NCBI GenBank assembly: GCA_963674785.1
Contig: OY771555.1
Location: 960,001-1,024,000 of the forward strand
Direction: 5' to 3'
Source of the DNA: Caldisericia bacterium
GTDB lineage: Bacteria > Caldisericota > Caldisericia > JAAYUI01
DNA length: 64,000 nucleotides
The notes below the pieces were generated by a model. The model was not told where the DNA came from. It did not search any database and saw only the letters and a list, made by a program, of their open reading frames with translations. Within the stretch, counting starts at the first letter, position 1. Each line of letters starts with the position of its first letter. Shown in pieces: positions 34,340 through 44,682 of the stretch. Made by a program: the position numbers and the translations under genes.

Positions 34340-36811
34340 ATGAAAAAAATTGCAGTCCTTTTGTTAGTTTTAGTATTGATAATACCAACTGTCCTTATTA
34401 ATGCTTCATCGCCAATCTGTGAAACACCAGATTTTGAAAAGTTTGAAGGAAATCCAATTCTTCAACCAACAAAACCAGGTGTTGATGGGAAAAAATACTT
34501 TGATGCATCAGCGGTCACTGACCCATGCGTTGTGTATGCCGATGGCCAGTATCACATGTTCTATACTGGGTGGTATACCTGGCTAAATGGCGAGGGAAGC
34601 CAGGGATATATCGGATACGCAATCTCAGCAGATGGTAAAAACTTCCAGAAAATTGAGGGCAGTGCCGGTGGAGTAGAGGCACCTGGTGCAGTTCTTGGCC
34701 CAGGAGATAACACTGAGTTTGATGGAAAATCTGTGTTTGCCCCATCCGTTGTTTACCAAAATGGAATCTTTTGGATGTTCTATGTTGGTGAAGACATGGA
34801 TGGCAATACATCAATCGGTCTTGCAAGAGCCAGTGGAAACAGCAATCCGGTGTATTGGCAAAAGCTTGGTCAAACAATGAAACCAACGTTGGAAAGCTCT
34901 TTTGATGGCTACCAGATCGGTTCATGTACTGTAATCTATGATGAAAAATGGAAGATGTGGTATGCGGGTCAGTCAAAAACTGATTCAAGATGGAGAATAG
35001 GATATGCCTATACACCAGAGGCGGTACCAACAACCTGGACAAAATCAAACGGTAACAAGACCCAGGGTGCAGTTCTTGACATAGGTTCAAAAGTAACAGA
35101 TTTCGATAGCCTCTGTGTAAGAAACCCATCGGTTGTCAAGCAGGGAAACTGTTACTACATGGCATATGATACCTCGATGAGGAATGAAAAATCTTCCCAG
35201 ATTGGTTTAGCGGTTTCTGAAAATGGAATCGATTGGGAAAAAAGAGGGATTGTGCTTGACATGGGTACAGTTGGAGAGTTTGATGCCCTTATCGTTGCAA
35301 CCCCATGTTTGATTAAGACAGGGTTGGTTTTCAAACTCTATTATTGCAACTTCTCCGATATGAACTCTGGAATAGGACTTGCGACGACTGGCGATATGCC
35401 AACAAACATCGGCTCAGGAATCTTCAAAGCTGATTGCAAACTTGGTGATGGTTTTGATTTCTCAAGAGGAAACAAAACAACAGATCCAACTCAAGCTGAC
35501 CTGATCTTTGATTGTGGATATGGAACACCGAGGATGTGTGGAAGATTCATAAAAATGGATACAGACTTTGCCGATGCAGAGTGTGTTCCACATGAAGGAT
35601 ACCCAGCGATAAGCTCTATTAAAGAGAATTGCACAGAAATCAAAGCTGGCGAAACATACGCATTTAAGACAATAAATGATGAAAACTATGCGATTGCAAA
35701 AATCACCAACCTTTGGCAAGACCCACTTGACCCAACACATTGGGAAATTACGATCAAATGGAAATATCAGGCAAACGGCTCAAACTGCTTTATCGCTGGA
35801 TCAAATGATCCTCCAAGCAGACCATATAATGTGTACTGTCAAGCGGGAGATATGAACGTAAAGATCACCTGGACGTGTGCATTTGCAGCACCAGATAAAG
35901 AGATTAGATACTATGTCTATAGAGCCGATGAAGAGGGCGAGGCAAAAAATGCCACAATGCCAATTCATGACTTCCCAGTCTCTGAGTGCCAGTTTTCTGA
36001 CTATGGTCTCGAAAATGGAAAAACATACTATTACATCGTAAGAACTGTTGACCAGTATGGAAACCTTTCAGAGGCTTCTGGCGAATGCTTCTGTACACCA
36101 CAGGCAGTTCACCCTCCATCATTCCCAATGCCGCCATCACCTGGAATTGAAGGTGCTGGAACAGCGGACAATCCATTTATTGTTGAAGAGAACCCATACA
36201 CATTTGACTGGTGTGGATTCCCACCACAGTCGATGGTCATCATTCAGGGAGTGCAGTATATTGCAGACGGTTCAGGTTGTATTCATGTTAGTCTTGAACT
36301 GAAAGACGGACTCAATGCAATTGATTACACTGTTATCACACCAACAGGTGAGGTCTTTAATGATACTGTTTACTTTGAGATTAAGGATACCTCTATTCAT
36401 GTTGAGATGCGAATAGGATCAAAGGTTATCAAGAAGAATGATGAAGAAATTCTCGTTGATGCAGCTCCATATCTAGATGATAAAGTTTGGAGAACAATGG
36501 TTCCAATTAGGCATATCACTGAGGTTCTTGGTGCCCATGTCGAGTGGGATGGAACACAGAGAAAAGTAACTGTGACCACATATTGTGGAACAGAGATACT
36601 CAATAAAATGGAAATGTGGATTGATAAAAAGACGTATCTTATTAATGGTCAGCCAGGAGTCATGGACGTTGCGCCGATTATTCATCCGACTCTTAATAGG
36701 ACATATGTGCCATTTAGGTTTGTTGCCGAGGTTATGGGGGCATCAGTTGACTGGATACAGGATACTCAGACTGTTGTTTATGACTACACCCCGCCATCCA
36801 ACTGCCCATAA
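34340..36811 (+). CDS. Surface protein: 5-bladed beta-propeller (GH43/32/130-like), FN3, copper-amine-oxidase N-terminal-like domain
   Basis: Signal peptide; GNPIL; five FD...V..P.V....Y.M.Y.G...IG.A repeats; D.GLENGKTYYY.V; RTMVPIR..EVLGA.VEW and RTYVPFRFVAE. Confidence 0.82.
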   Translation: MKKIAVLLLVLVLIIPTVLINASSPICETPDFEKFEGNPILQPTKPGVDGKKYFDASAVTDPCVVYADGQYHMFYTGWYTWLNGEGSQGYIGYAISADGKNFQKIEGSAGGVEAPGAVLGPGDNTEFDGKSVFAPSVVYQNGIFWMFYVGEDMDGNTSIGLARASGNSNPVYWQKLGQTMKPTLESSFDGYQIGSCTVIYDEKWKMWYAGQSKTDSRWRIGYAYTPEAVPTTWTKSNGNKTQGAVLDIGSKVTDFDSLCVRNPSVVKQGNCYYMAYDTSMRNEKSSQIGLAVSENGIDWEKRGIVLDMGTVGEFDALIVATPCLIKTGLVFKLYYCNFSDMNSGIGLATTGDMPTNIGSGIFKADCKLGDGFDFSRGNKTTDPTQADLIFDCGYGTPRMCGRFIKMDTDFADAECVPHEGYPAISSIKENCTEIKAGETYAFKTINDENYAIAKITNLWQDPLDPTHWEITIKWKYQANGSNCFIAGSNDPPSRPYNVYCQAGDMNVKITWTCAFAAPDKEIRYYVYRADEEGEAKNATMPIHDFPVSECQFSDYGLENGKTYYYIVRTVDQYGNLSEASGECFCTPQAVHPPSFPMPPSPGIEGAGTADNPFIVEENPYTFDWCGFPPQSMVIIQGVQYIADGSGCIHVSLELKDGLNAIDYTVITPTGEVFNDTVYFEIKDTSIHVEMRIGSKVIKKNDEEILVDAAPYLDDKVWRTMVPIRHITEVLGAHVEWDGTQRKVTVTTYCGTEILNKMEMWIDKKTYLINGQPGVMDVAPIIHPTLNRTYVPFRFVAEVMGASVDWIQDTQTVVYDYTPPSNCP

Positions 36812-36837
36812 TTTTGATTAAATAAAATGAGAGATGG

Positions 36838-36870
36838 ATAGCCCCCAGATTTTACCGGGGGCTATTTTTA
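36838..36870 (+). terminator. Rho-independent terminator
   Basis: ATAGCCCCC-loop-GGGGGCTAT plus T-run. Confidence 0.75.
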
Positions 36871-36951
36871 TTTGGTGGGTAATGATTTTGTTATTGTTTT
36901 ACTGATTTGTAACCCGTTTACATATAAGGTGTCAAAACATTACAGGTAAAG

Positions 36952-37158
36952 ATGATGGGTGAAAATATATATCATGAATTAAAATCTGTTTTGAAGCTAC
37001 ACAAACCACCGGTTGACCTGAAGCGTAGCCTTATTTCCAAATGGAAAAAAAAGGATCTTGAGCAGAGGGTTGCAAAGGTTTTGGCGGGTGGAGTCGCTTG
37101 GTTTGTGTGTGCATCAACCCTTGCGTCTTTGCTCTTAAGGAGATCCAATGGAGCTTGA
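36952..37158 (+). CDS. Small hypothetical protein with C-terminal TM helix leading the fab operon
   Basis: 68 aa, overlaps the fabZ start. Confidence 0.55.
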   Translation: MMGENIYHELKSVLKLHKPPVDLKRSLISKWKKKDLEQRVAKVLAGGVAWFVCASTLASLLLRRSNGA

Positions 37159-37585
37159 TTCAGTAGCTATAAAGAAGATATTGCCGCATAGGTATCCATT
37201 CCAGATGATCGACAAGATTCTTTCTGTGGAACCTGGAGTGAGTGCTGTGGGTATAAAAGCTGTGACAAGTACAGAGCCACATTTCCAAGGGCACTTTCCA
37301 GATTTGCCCGTGATGCCAGGAGTTTTGATTGTTGAGGCTATGGCTCAAACAGGAGCAATCTGTGGTTTGCTAATGCCAGAGTATAAGGGTGCAATTACCT
37401 TCTTTGGTGGAATCGAAAACATGAAGTTTAAGCATCCTGTTGTACCAGGCGATGTCATGAGAATTGAGATGAACGTTCTTAAGATGAAGATGGGTATCTT
37501 TAAGTTCAGCGCAACAGCAACAGTTGATGGAAAAGAAGTGGCATCAGGTGTTATGAATGCCGCACTTAGAAAGGTTGAAAAGTAA
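37148..37585 (+). CDS. fabZ: 3-hydroxyacyl-ACP dehydratase
   Basis: LPHRYPF, FQGHFP..PVMPGVLIVEAMAQ. Confidence 0.96.
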   Translation: MELDSVAIKKILPHRYPFQMIDKILSVEPGVSAVGIKAVTSTEPHFQGHFPDLPVMPGVLIVEAMAQTGAICGLLMPEYKGAITFFGGIENMKFKHPVVPGDVMRIEMNVLKMKMGIFKFSATATVDGKEVASGVMNAALRKVEK

Positions 37586-38572
37586 ATGCCAAGAGCAGGA
37601 ATTTTGAGTCTTTCAAGTTATACCCCTGAGAAAGTTTTGACAAACCATGATCTTGAAAAGATGGTTGATACCACCGATGAATGGATCGTAACAAGAACTG
37701 GAATCAAACAGAGACATATTGTTGCAGATGGTCAGGCAACATCTGATATCTCAGTGCTTGCTGCAAAAAAAGCACTCGACAAAATCGGACTTACACCTGA
37801 GGATATTGATTGTTATATCCTTGCAACAGCAACTCCGGATATGCTCTTTCCATCCACTGCCTGTCTTGTGACCGCCAAACTCGGAATCGATAAGATTGAC
37901 GGTCCTCCTGCAATGGATATTGCTGCTGGATGCACAGGTTTTGTATATGGATTGCAGATTGCAAAATCGTTTGTTGAATCAGGTACGTACAAAAAAGTCA
38001 TGGTCATCGGTGCAGAGGCACTCTCTCGAATTCTTGACTGGCAGGATAGAAATACCTGTGTTCTGTTTGGTGATGGGGCTGGATGTGCTGTTGTCGGAGA
38101 GGTTGAGTCTGGTGGAATCCTTGACACATATCTTGGGTCATGGGGAGCCGGTGGACTTCACCTTACACTTCCTGCTGGCGGGTCACTTAATCCTGCATCG
38201 GCAGAGACTGTTGAAAAAAGAATGCACTATGTTCATATGGATGGCTCAGATGTATTCAAGTTTGCTGTTCGAGCAATGGGAATCGGATGCAAAAAAGTCT
38301 TGGAAAGAACAGGACTAACTTCTGATGATATTGATTGGTTTGTTCCACATCAGGCAAACATCAGAATCATCGAATCTGCCTCAAAGAGACTTGGTATTCC
38401 AATGGAAAGAGTATTGATTAGTCTTGATAAGATTGGAAATACATCAGCAGCGTCCGTTCCAATGACGATTGATTACGCAATGGCTGAAAACAAAATCAAG
38501 AAGGGAGATAGGCTCTTGATGGTGGCATTTGGTGCAGGACTTACTTGGGGAGCCTCAGTAGTAGAATGGTAG
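37586..38572 (+). CDS. fabH: Beta-ketoacyl-ACP synthase III
   Basis: WIVTRTGI, AGCTGF, LFGDGAG, PHQANIRI, GNTSAAS, FGAGLTWG. Confidence 0.96.
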   Translation: MPRAGILSLSSYTPEKVLTNHDLEKMVDTTDEWIVTRTGIKQRHIVADGQATSDISVLAAKKALDKIGLTPEDIDCYILATATPDMLFPSTACLVTAKLGIDKIDGPPAMDIAAGCTGFVYGLQIAKSFVESGTYKKVMVIGAEALSRILDWQDRNTCVLFGDGAGCAVVGEVESGGILDTYLGSWGAGGLHLTLPAGGSLNPASAETVEKRMHYVHMDGSDVFKFAVRAMGIGCKKVLERTGLTSDDIDWFVPHQANIRIIESASKRLGIPMERVLISLDKIGNTSAASVPMTIDYAMAENKIKKGDRLLMVAFGAGLTWGASVVEW

Positions 38573-39318
38573 ATAAACCACTTACCGGAAAAGTTGCTCT
38601 TGTAACAGGAGCATCGAGAGGAATTGGCAGAGATATTGCTCTTAAGCTTGCTGAGGATGGTGCGTCTGTCGTAGTCAACTATCCTTTCAGCGGAGAACTT
38701 GAGAACGCAAAAGAAACAAAAAAAATGATCGAAGAGGTAGGAGCAAAAGCAATCCTCGTTGAAGCTGATGTCTCTACTCTTGAGTCATGTGAGGAAATGG
38801 TCAACGAGGTTGTTGGACAGTTCGGGTCTCTTGATATCCTCGTTAATAATGCTGGAATCACAATTGATAAACTCATCCTTAGAATGAAAGAAGACGACTG
38901 GAAAAAAGTTATCGACGTAAATCTTTCCGGTTGTTTTAATTGCACAAAAGCCTCCCTTAAGGCTCTGATGAAGAGCAGAGGCAGAATTATTAATATTTCA
39001 TCTGTTATTGGTATCATGGGTAATCCTGGGCAAGCAAACTATGCAGCATCAAAGGCCGGAATTATTGCACTTTCAAAATCCGTTGCCAAAGAGATGGGTA
39101 GCAGAGGAATCACCTGCAATGCAATTGCACCTGGATTTATTGAAACTCCAATGACTGATACCTTGACAGAAGAGGTAAGAAATGATTATCTATCTAGGAT
39201 TCCGCTTAAGCGTTTCGGAACTTCTAGTGATATAGCAAATGCCGTAGCTTTCCTTGCAGGGCCATCCGGAGGCTACATCAGTGGTTCAGTAATTACAATC
39301 GATGGCGGACTAACCTAA
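38566..39318 (+). CDS. fabG: 3-oxoacyl-ACP reductase
   Basis: TGASRGIG, NNAGIT.D, GNPGQANYAASKAG, APGFIET. Confidence 0.95.
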   Translation: MVDKPLTGKVALVTGASRGIGRDIALKLAEDGASVVVNYPFSGELENAKETKKMIEEVGAKAILVEADVSTLESCEEMVNEVVGQFGSLDILVNNAGITIDKLILRMKEDDWKKVIDVNLSGCFNCTKASLKALMKSRGRIINISSVIGIMGNPGQANYAASKAGIIALSKSVAKEMGSRGITCNAIAPGFIETPMTDTLTEEVRNDYLSRIPLKRFGTSSDIANAVAFLAGPSGGYISGSVITIDGGLT

Positions 39319-39338
39319 TAATAAGGAGAATTGGTAAA

Positions 39339-39581
39339 ATGACAGACAATGAAATTTTAGATCAGATGAAAGAAATTATCGCAGACAAACTTGGTGTTGA
39401 TGCAGGAAAAGTCTCACCAGAGTCAAGATTCATGGAAGACCTTGGAGCAGATTCACTCGGTTTGGTTGATGTAACAATGGAGCTTGAAGACAAGTTTGAT
39501 GTGACGATTCCAGATGAGGATCTTCCAAAAATCACAACAGTCCAGGCTGCAATTGACTACGTCAAAGAGAAAATCGCATAA
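39339..39581 (+). CDS. acpP: Acyl carrier protein
   Basis: DLGADSL phosphopantetheine site. Confidence 0.96.
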   Translation: MTDNEILDQMKEIIADKLGVDAGKVSPESRFMEDLGADSLGLVDVTMELEDKFDVTIPDEDLPKITTVQAAIDYVKEKIA

Positions 39582-39595
39582 GAGAAGATATCATC

Positions 39596-40828
39596 ATGAA
39601 AAGAATTGTCGTAACCGGGATTGGAGTGCTTTCTCCAATAGGAATCGGTAAGGACGAATTTTGGAATTCATTGACAACTGGCAAATCTGGCGTTGCTTTA
39701 CTTGAGGGATTTGATACTGATGATCTTAAGGTGAAGATTGGTGCCCAGGTAAAAAACTTCGACCCGAAAGATTACATCGATTCGAAGGAAATCCCAAAGA
39801 TTGACCCAGTAACTCAGTTTGCTCTTGCAGCCTCTGACTTGGCTGTTGCGGATGCAAATTTGAAATGGGATGAAATCGATAGGGATCGCGTTGGAACTCT
39901 GATTTCAACCGGAATTGGTGGCCTGCAGACCATCGAGAAAAATATTATTGCAATGGATAAAAAGGGTGCGAGAAGGGTTTCCCCCTACTTTATCCCAATG
40001 ATGATTGGTAATATGCCAAGTGCTCAGGTTGCAATAAGATATCATCTCAGAGGGCCATCCTCAAATGTCGTCACGGCTTGCGCAACATCCAATTATGCAA
40101 TTGGTGAGGCTGCCGAGATCATCAGAAGAGGCGATGCCGATATGATGTTTGCTGGTGGTGCCGAGGCTTCACTCATTCCGCTTGGAATTGCCGGATTTGC
40201 AAACATGAGAGCATTGTCAACAAGAAATGACGAACCTGAAAAAGCATCGAGACCATTTGACAAAGACCGCGATGGTTTTGTGATGGGTGAAGGTGGAGTT
40301 GTTCTTGTTCTTGAAGATTATGAGCTTGCAAAAAAACGCGGCGCAACTATCTATTGCGAGATCAAATCGGTTGGTTATTCAACCGATGCGTATCACATTA
40401 CTGCACCTGACCCAGATGGGTGGGGAGCAAAAAAATGTATGAACATTGCAATGGATAAAGCTGGCATCACAACTGCAGATGTCGATTACATCAATGCACA
40501 CGGAACTTCCACTCCGCTTAATGATAAAGGTGAGGCGATCGCGATTTCTGATGTTTTTGCATCAAGGATTAATGATGTTGCTGTTAATTCCACCAAGTCA
40601 ATGGTTGGACATCTTCTTGGGGCTGCTGGTGCTGTTGAGGCAGCAGCTGTTGCTCTACAGATCAAAAATGAGACTTTGCACCCATCGCTGAACTTTGTTG
40701 AGGGCGAAGAAGGCTTCAATCTTAATATTGTCACCAAAACCGAATCCAGAAAAATCAGAAATGCACTTTCTAATTCATTTGGATTTGGCGGACATAACTG
40801 TTGTTTGGCATTCGGAAAGGTTGACTGA
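39596..40828 (+). CDS. fabF: Beta-ketoacyl-ACP synthase II
   Basis: TACAT, RPFDKDRDGFVMGEG, NAHGTST, GHLLGAAG, NSFGFGG. Confidence 0.96.
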   Translation: MKRIVVTGIGVLSPIGIGKDEFWNSLTTGKSGVALLEGFDTDDLKVKIGAQVKNFDPKDYIDSKEIPKIDPVTQFALAASDLAVADANLKWDEIDRDRVGTLISTGIGGLQTIEKNIIAMDKKGARRVSPYFIPMMIGNMPSAQVAIRYHLRGPSSNVVTACATSNYAIGEAAEIIRRGDADMMFAGGAEASLIPLGIAGFANMRALSTRNDEPEKASRPFDKDRDGFVMGEGGVVLVLEDYELAKKRGATIYCEIKSVGYSTDAYHITAPDPDGWGAKKCMNIAMDKAGITTADVDYINAHGTSTPLNDKGEAIAISDVFASRINDVAVNSTKSMVGHLLGAAGAVEAAAVALQIKNETLHPSLNFVEGEEGFNLNIVTKTESRKIRNALSNSFGFGGHNCCLAFGKVD

Positions 40829-41652
40829 TGAGCTCAGAAAAAACTGCGGATAAACCTGAAATGGTAAAATGCAAGGCTTGTGGAAAACTTACTGATCCAC
40901 AAACCTATAAAGAGAACCTTTATGTTTGTCCAAAGTGTGGCAACCATGGCAGGATGCCTGTTCGTGAAAGAATCGACCTGATGACTGATGAAGGTGGATT
41001 CGAAGAACTTTGGGGTGATTTGGTTTCGAAAGACCTGATTGGTTTTTCCGATGCAATGCCTTACTCCGAAAGGATAGAAAAGTATCGTGCTAAGACTGGT
41101 GAAAACGATGCACTTGTTACAGGAAGAGCAAAGATTCATGGAATCGATGTTGCTCTTGGAGTAATGAATTTCGATTTCATTGGCGGTTCGATGGGTGTTG
41201 TTGTTGGTGAAAAAGTTCTCAGACTTGCCGAATATGCAAAAGATGAGAAGGTTCCAATGATAATTCTTTCACAGTCGGGTGGAGCAAGAATGCAGGAATC
41301 AGTATTTGCCCTGATGCAGCTTGCTCGACTTTCAGGAGCTATCAAGAGATTCCAGGACGATGGTGGTCTCTTCATCTCTGCAATTGCCCATCCATGTACA
41401 GGTGGTGTTTCTGCCTCGTTTGCAATGCAGGGTGATTTAATTGTTTCTGAGAGTGGTGCATTGATAGGTTTTGCGGGACCTCGTGTAATTGAGCAGACGA
41501 TTAAACAAAAACTCCCAAAAAATTTCCAAAAAGCTGAATTCCTTCTGGAAAAGGGCTTCGTTGACAAGGTTGTGGATAGAAAAAATCTGAAGTGGATGCT
41601 TGGGAAGCTTCTTTCCTTGTATAAGGGTATTCCCCTCAAGGAGGAAAACTGA
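40828..41652 (+). CDS. accD: Acetyl-CoA carboxylase carboxyltransferase beta subunit
   Basis: Zn finger CKAC...CPKC; GGSMG; SGGARMQE; IGFAGPRVIEQT. Confidence 0.95.
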   Translation: MSSEKTADKPEMVKCKACGKLTDPQTYKENLYVCPKCGNHGRMPVRERIDLMTDEGGFEELWGDLVSKDLIGFSDAMPYSERIEKYRAKTGENDALVTGRAKIHGIDVALGVMNFDFIGGSMGVVVGEKVLRLAEYAKDEKVPMIILSQSGGARMQESVFALMQLARLSGAIKRFQDDGGLFISAIAHPCTGGVSASFAMQGDLIVSESGALIGFAGPRVIEQTIKQKLPKNFQKAEFLLEKGFVDKVVDRKNLKWMLGKLLSLYKGIPLKEEN

Positions 41653-42599
41653 TGATCTACTTAGACTTTGAGAAACCAATCGTTGAGCTTGAAGCAAAGC
41701 TAGAGGATTTTAGAAAACAAGCCATAAGCCGTTCAATGGACTTAAGCAGTTCCATAGCGACAGTTAGGGAAGAGATCGAATCAAAGCTTAAGGATATTTA
41801 CAGTAAACTTACCCCATATCAGATAGTTCAGGTCGCAAGACATGTTTCCAGACCAAAGCTCATTGACCATGTCAGATTCCTTACCCCGGATTACATTACT
41901 ATTCATGGTGATAGAAGATTTGGTGATGATAAAGCAATGTGGACATCAGTTGGTTCACTTGATGGTCAAACAGTATTTATTATTGGTCAGAGCCGTGGCA
42001 GAAATGCCAAGGAAAACCTCGAAAATAATTTCGGTATGGCATCCCCTGAAGGTTACAGGAAAGCTATGCGTGTGATGGAGCTTGCAGATAAATATAATGC
42101 TCCAATCATAACTATGCTTGATACTCCAGGCGCCTATCCTGGAATTGGTGCCGAGGAACGTGGACAAGCCGAGGCAATTGCAGTAAATATTCGAGATATG
42201 TTCGGTATCAATGTCCCAATAGTAACTGTTGTAATTGGTGAAGGTGGCTCTGGTGGAGCACTCGGAATTGGTGTTGGAGACAAGGTTCTCATGATGCAGA
42301 ATTCCATGTATTCTGTCATTTCACCAGAAGGTTGTGCATCAATTCTCTTCAGAGATGGAATGAGATTTAGAGAAACATCTGAAATGTTGAAGCTTACTGC
42401 AAAAGACCTCATTGGTCTTGGTCTCATTGATGAGATTATTGAAGAGCCAATAGGTGGTGCTCATAGGTCACCTGTTGCCGCGATGCAGTTTGTGAAAAAT
42501 GCAATAACAAAAAGCTTTAAAGAGCTTTCAGAGATTTCTGAACCGATTGCGGAATATAGATATAATAAGTACAAAAACCTTCCACCAAAACTAGATTAG
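41652..42599 (+). CDS. accA: Acetyl-CoA carboxylase carboxyltransferase alpha subunit
   Basis: LDFEKPI, HGDR.FGDD, PEGYRKA, DTPGAYPG..AEERGQ, GEGGSGGAL. Confidence 0.95.
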   Translation: MIYLDFEKPIVELEAKLEDFRKQAISRSMDLSSSIATVREEIESKLKDIYSKLTPYQIVQVARHVSRPKLIDHVRFLTPDYITIHGDRRFGDDKAMWTSVGSLDGQTVFIIGQSRGRNAKENLENNFGMASPEGYRKAMRVMELADKYNAPIITMLDTPGAYPGIGAEERGQAEAIAVNIRDMFGINVPIVTVVIGEGGSGGALGIGVGDKVLMMQNSMYSVISPEGCASILFRDGMRFRETSEMLKLTAKDLIGLGLIDEIIEEPIGGAHRSPVAAMQFVKNAITKSFKELSEISEPIAEYRYNKYKNLPPKLD

Positions 42600-42620
42600 T
42601 ATTTTGTTGATTCAGACTTC

Positions 42621-42653
42621 AACCGGCAAACCTTTTGGTTTGCCGGTTTTTTT
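42621..42653 (+). terminator. Rho-independent terminator of the fab/acc operon
   Basis: AACCGGCAAACC-TTTT-GGTTTGCCGGTT plus T-run. Confidence 0.88.
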
Positions 42654-43169
42654 ATTATCTTTTATTAGGGTAATATTTGTGTATAGATTAGATATTACGG
42701 TGTATTATTTTAGAATGAACGATAATGAATTAAACTCTTTATCCATCAAATTATAATATTTTATTACTAAACATCCTATTAATGACTGTTTGTAGTATTA
42801 CTGTAAGAAATACACTATAAATGGGCTTTTATTTGCAATCAAATAAATGACAGTTATAAACTCAATCCTAATCAAAACAAATGTATAGTATTATTAGGAG
42901 TATTATTATCACAATTAGTAAGATATACTTCAGTAAACATTTTAATTATATATAAAGTATAGAATCTATACAGTGTGAAATGTGGACACGCTATGTGTGT
43001 TCGCCTATGTATGCCCTTATAATTCTGAATATTTTTGTGTCAAGATTTAAGAGATTCCCTTTAGATGGGAACTAGTTTCACAACAAAGAAATATTGATTA
43101 ACACGATATTTCTTGCAAAATGTGAATTTTAGACATGAGCTGATTCTACACAAATTTTTGGAAAAGGGC

Positions 43170-43198
43170 TTGACAATTATGTTAATGCTTGTTAGAAT
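43170..43198 (+). promoter_or_regulatory. sigma70 promoter upstream of the NtrC-type regulator
   Basis: TTGACA-17nt-TAGAAT with extended TG. Confidence 0.75.
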
Positions 43199-43241
43199 TC
43201 GGTCGATATGGACTATAAAAAACCTAACCTGGTAGGGGTGC

Positions 43242-44645
43242 ATGGTAGCAAAGAAGCGAACAGTACTTATAGCAGATGACGAAGAGGGAATAAGAGACCT
43301 TCTCGGCGAGATCTGTGAGGATGAAGGCTGGCGCGTTATTCTTGCCTCCGATGGTAAGGAAGCGTTGGCAACGGCCAAAAAGGAACATCCCGATGCCGTT
43401 GTAATGGATGTCAGGATGCCTGAAATGGACGGCATTACAACATTTGCGAAAATGAAGGCAGCGGGGATAGATGTTCCTGTTATCTTAATGACAGCATATG
43501 GCTCGTCCGATGTTGCAATTGAGGCAATGAAGCAGGGTGCATACGACTATATCACCAAGCCTTTTGATATAGAGGAGATGAGGCTCCAGATCAGAAAAGC
43601 CCTCAAGCTTCGAGAGCTTACAACAGAAGTCTTTACTCTTAAAACAGGACTTACCGCAAGCTACAGACTTGAAGAGCTAATTGGAAGTTCATCTGCGATG
43701 CAGCAGGTATACAAATCAATAGGAAGGATCGCTGCATCTGATGCAACAGTTCTGATTCGAGGTGAATCGGGAACTGGTAAAGAAGTTGTTGCAAGAGCGA
43801 TCTTTATGAATTCCGATAGACGTGATAAGCCGTTTGTTGCTATCAACTGTGCCGCAATCCCAGAGGGTCTTCTTGAATCAGAGCTTTTTGGTCATGAAAA
43901 GGGAGCATTCACAGATGCTGTTTCTCAACACAAAGGAAAGTTTGAGCAAGCCGCTGATGGCACAATTTTCCTTGATGAAATTGGAGATATGGCTCTTTCT
44001 CTTCAATCAAAGGTGTTAAGGGTGCTGCAGGATAAATCCTTTGAGCGCGTTGGTGGCAAACAGATGTTAACATCTGAGGCAAGGGTGCTTGCTGCAACCA
44101 ACCAAGACCTCGAGATGCTTGTCAAAAATAAACAATTCAGGGAAGACCTTTATTATAGATTAAACGTAATGACTATTACTCTTCCACCGCTTCGTGAGCG
44201 TAAGGATGACCTTGAGGATTTGATTGACCATTTCGTCAAAAAATATTGTAAAAAATACGATAAGGTTATTGCGGGTATTTCACCACAGGCGATTAAAATG
44301 CTCAAGAGTTACGACTGGCCAGGAAATGTCAGGGAACTTGAAAACGCTGTTGCAAGGGCTGTTATTATTGCAAACTCTCCGCTTATACTTCCCGAATATT
44401 TACCTCATACAATCGTTAGCTATAAAGCAAGAGACCCGATGTTTGAAAGAAAAGGGGAACTCCCAAAGCTTCATGATGCAGTTGGAGAACTTGAGGCGGG
44501 ACTCATAAGAAGAGCTTTAAAAGAGACAAAAGGAAATAGAACAAAGGCCGCGCAAATGCTTGGTATTCCAAGGCGTTCTTTGTATACGAAGATACAAGAA
44601 TATAGCATTGATTTGAAGGAGCTTGAACCAGGACATGAGATTTAA
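43242..44645 (+). CDS. Sigma54-dependent response regulator (REC-AAA+-Fis HTH; NtrC/AtoC family)
   Basis: REC ADDE, DVRMP, KPF; GESGTGKE; ESELFGHEKGAFTDA; FLDEIG; FREDLYYRL; WPGNVREL; GNRTKAAQMLGI. Confidence 0.95.
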   Translation: MVAKKRTVLIADDEEGIRDLLGEICEDEGWRVILASDGKEALATAKKEHPDAVVMDVRMPEMDGITTFAKMKAAGIDVPVILMTAYGSSDVAIEAMKQGAYDYITKPFDIEEMRLQIRKALKLRELTTEVFTLKTGLTASYRLEELIGSSSAMQQVYKSIGRIAASDATVLIRGESGTGKEVVARAIFMNSDRRDKPFVAINCAAIPEGLLESELFGHEKGAFTDAVSQHKGKFEQAADGTIFLDEIGDMALSLQSKVLRVLQDKSFERVGGKQMLTSEARVLAATNQDLEMLVKNKQFREDLYYRLNVMTITLPPLRERKDDLEDLIDHFVKKYCKKYDKVIAGISPQAIKMLKSYDWPGNVRELENAVARAVIIANSPLILPEYLPHTIVSYKARDPMFERKGELPKLHDAVGELEAGLIRRALKETKGNRTKAAQMLGIPRRSLYTKIQEYSIDLKELEPGHEI

Positions 44646-44682
44646 TGTAGTTTCAAGCGATAATAAAGAGCAATTAAGATTT

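Noticed and set aside
34515-35129. Long antisense ORFs (also 41136..41639, 53542..53982, 59514..59936)
   Set aside because: They lie wholly opposite well-supported genes and show no recognisable motifs.
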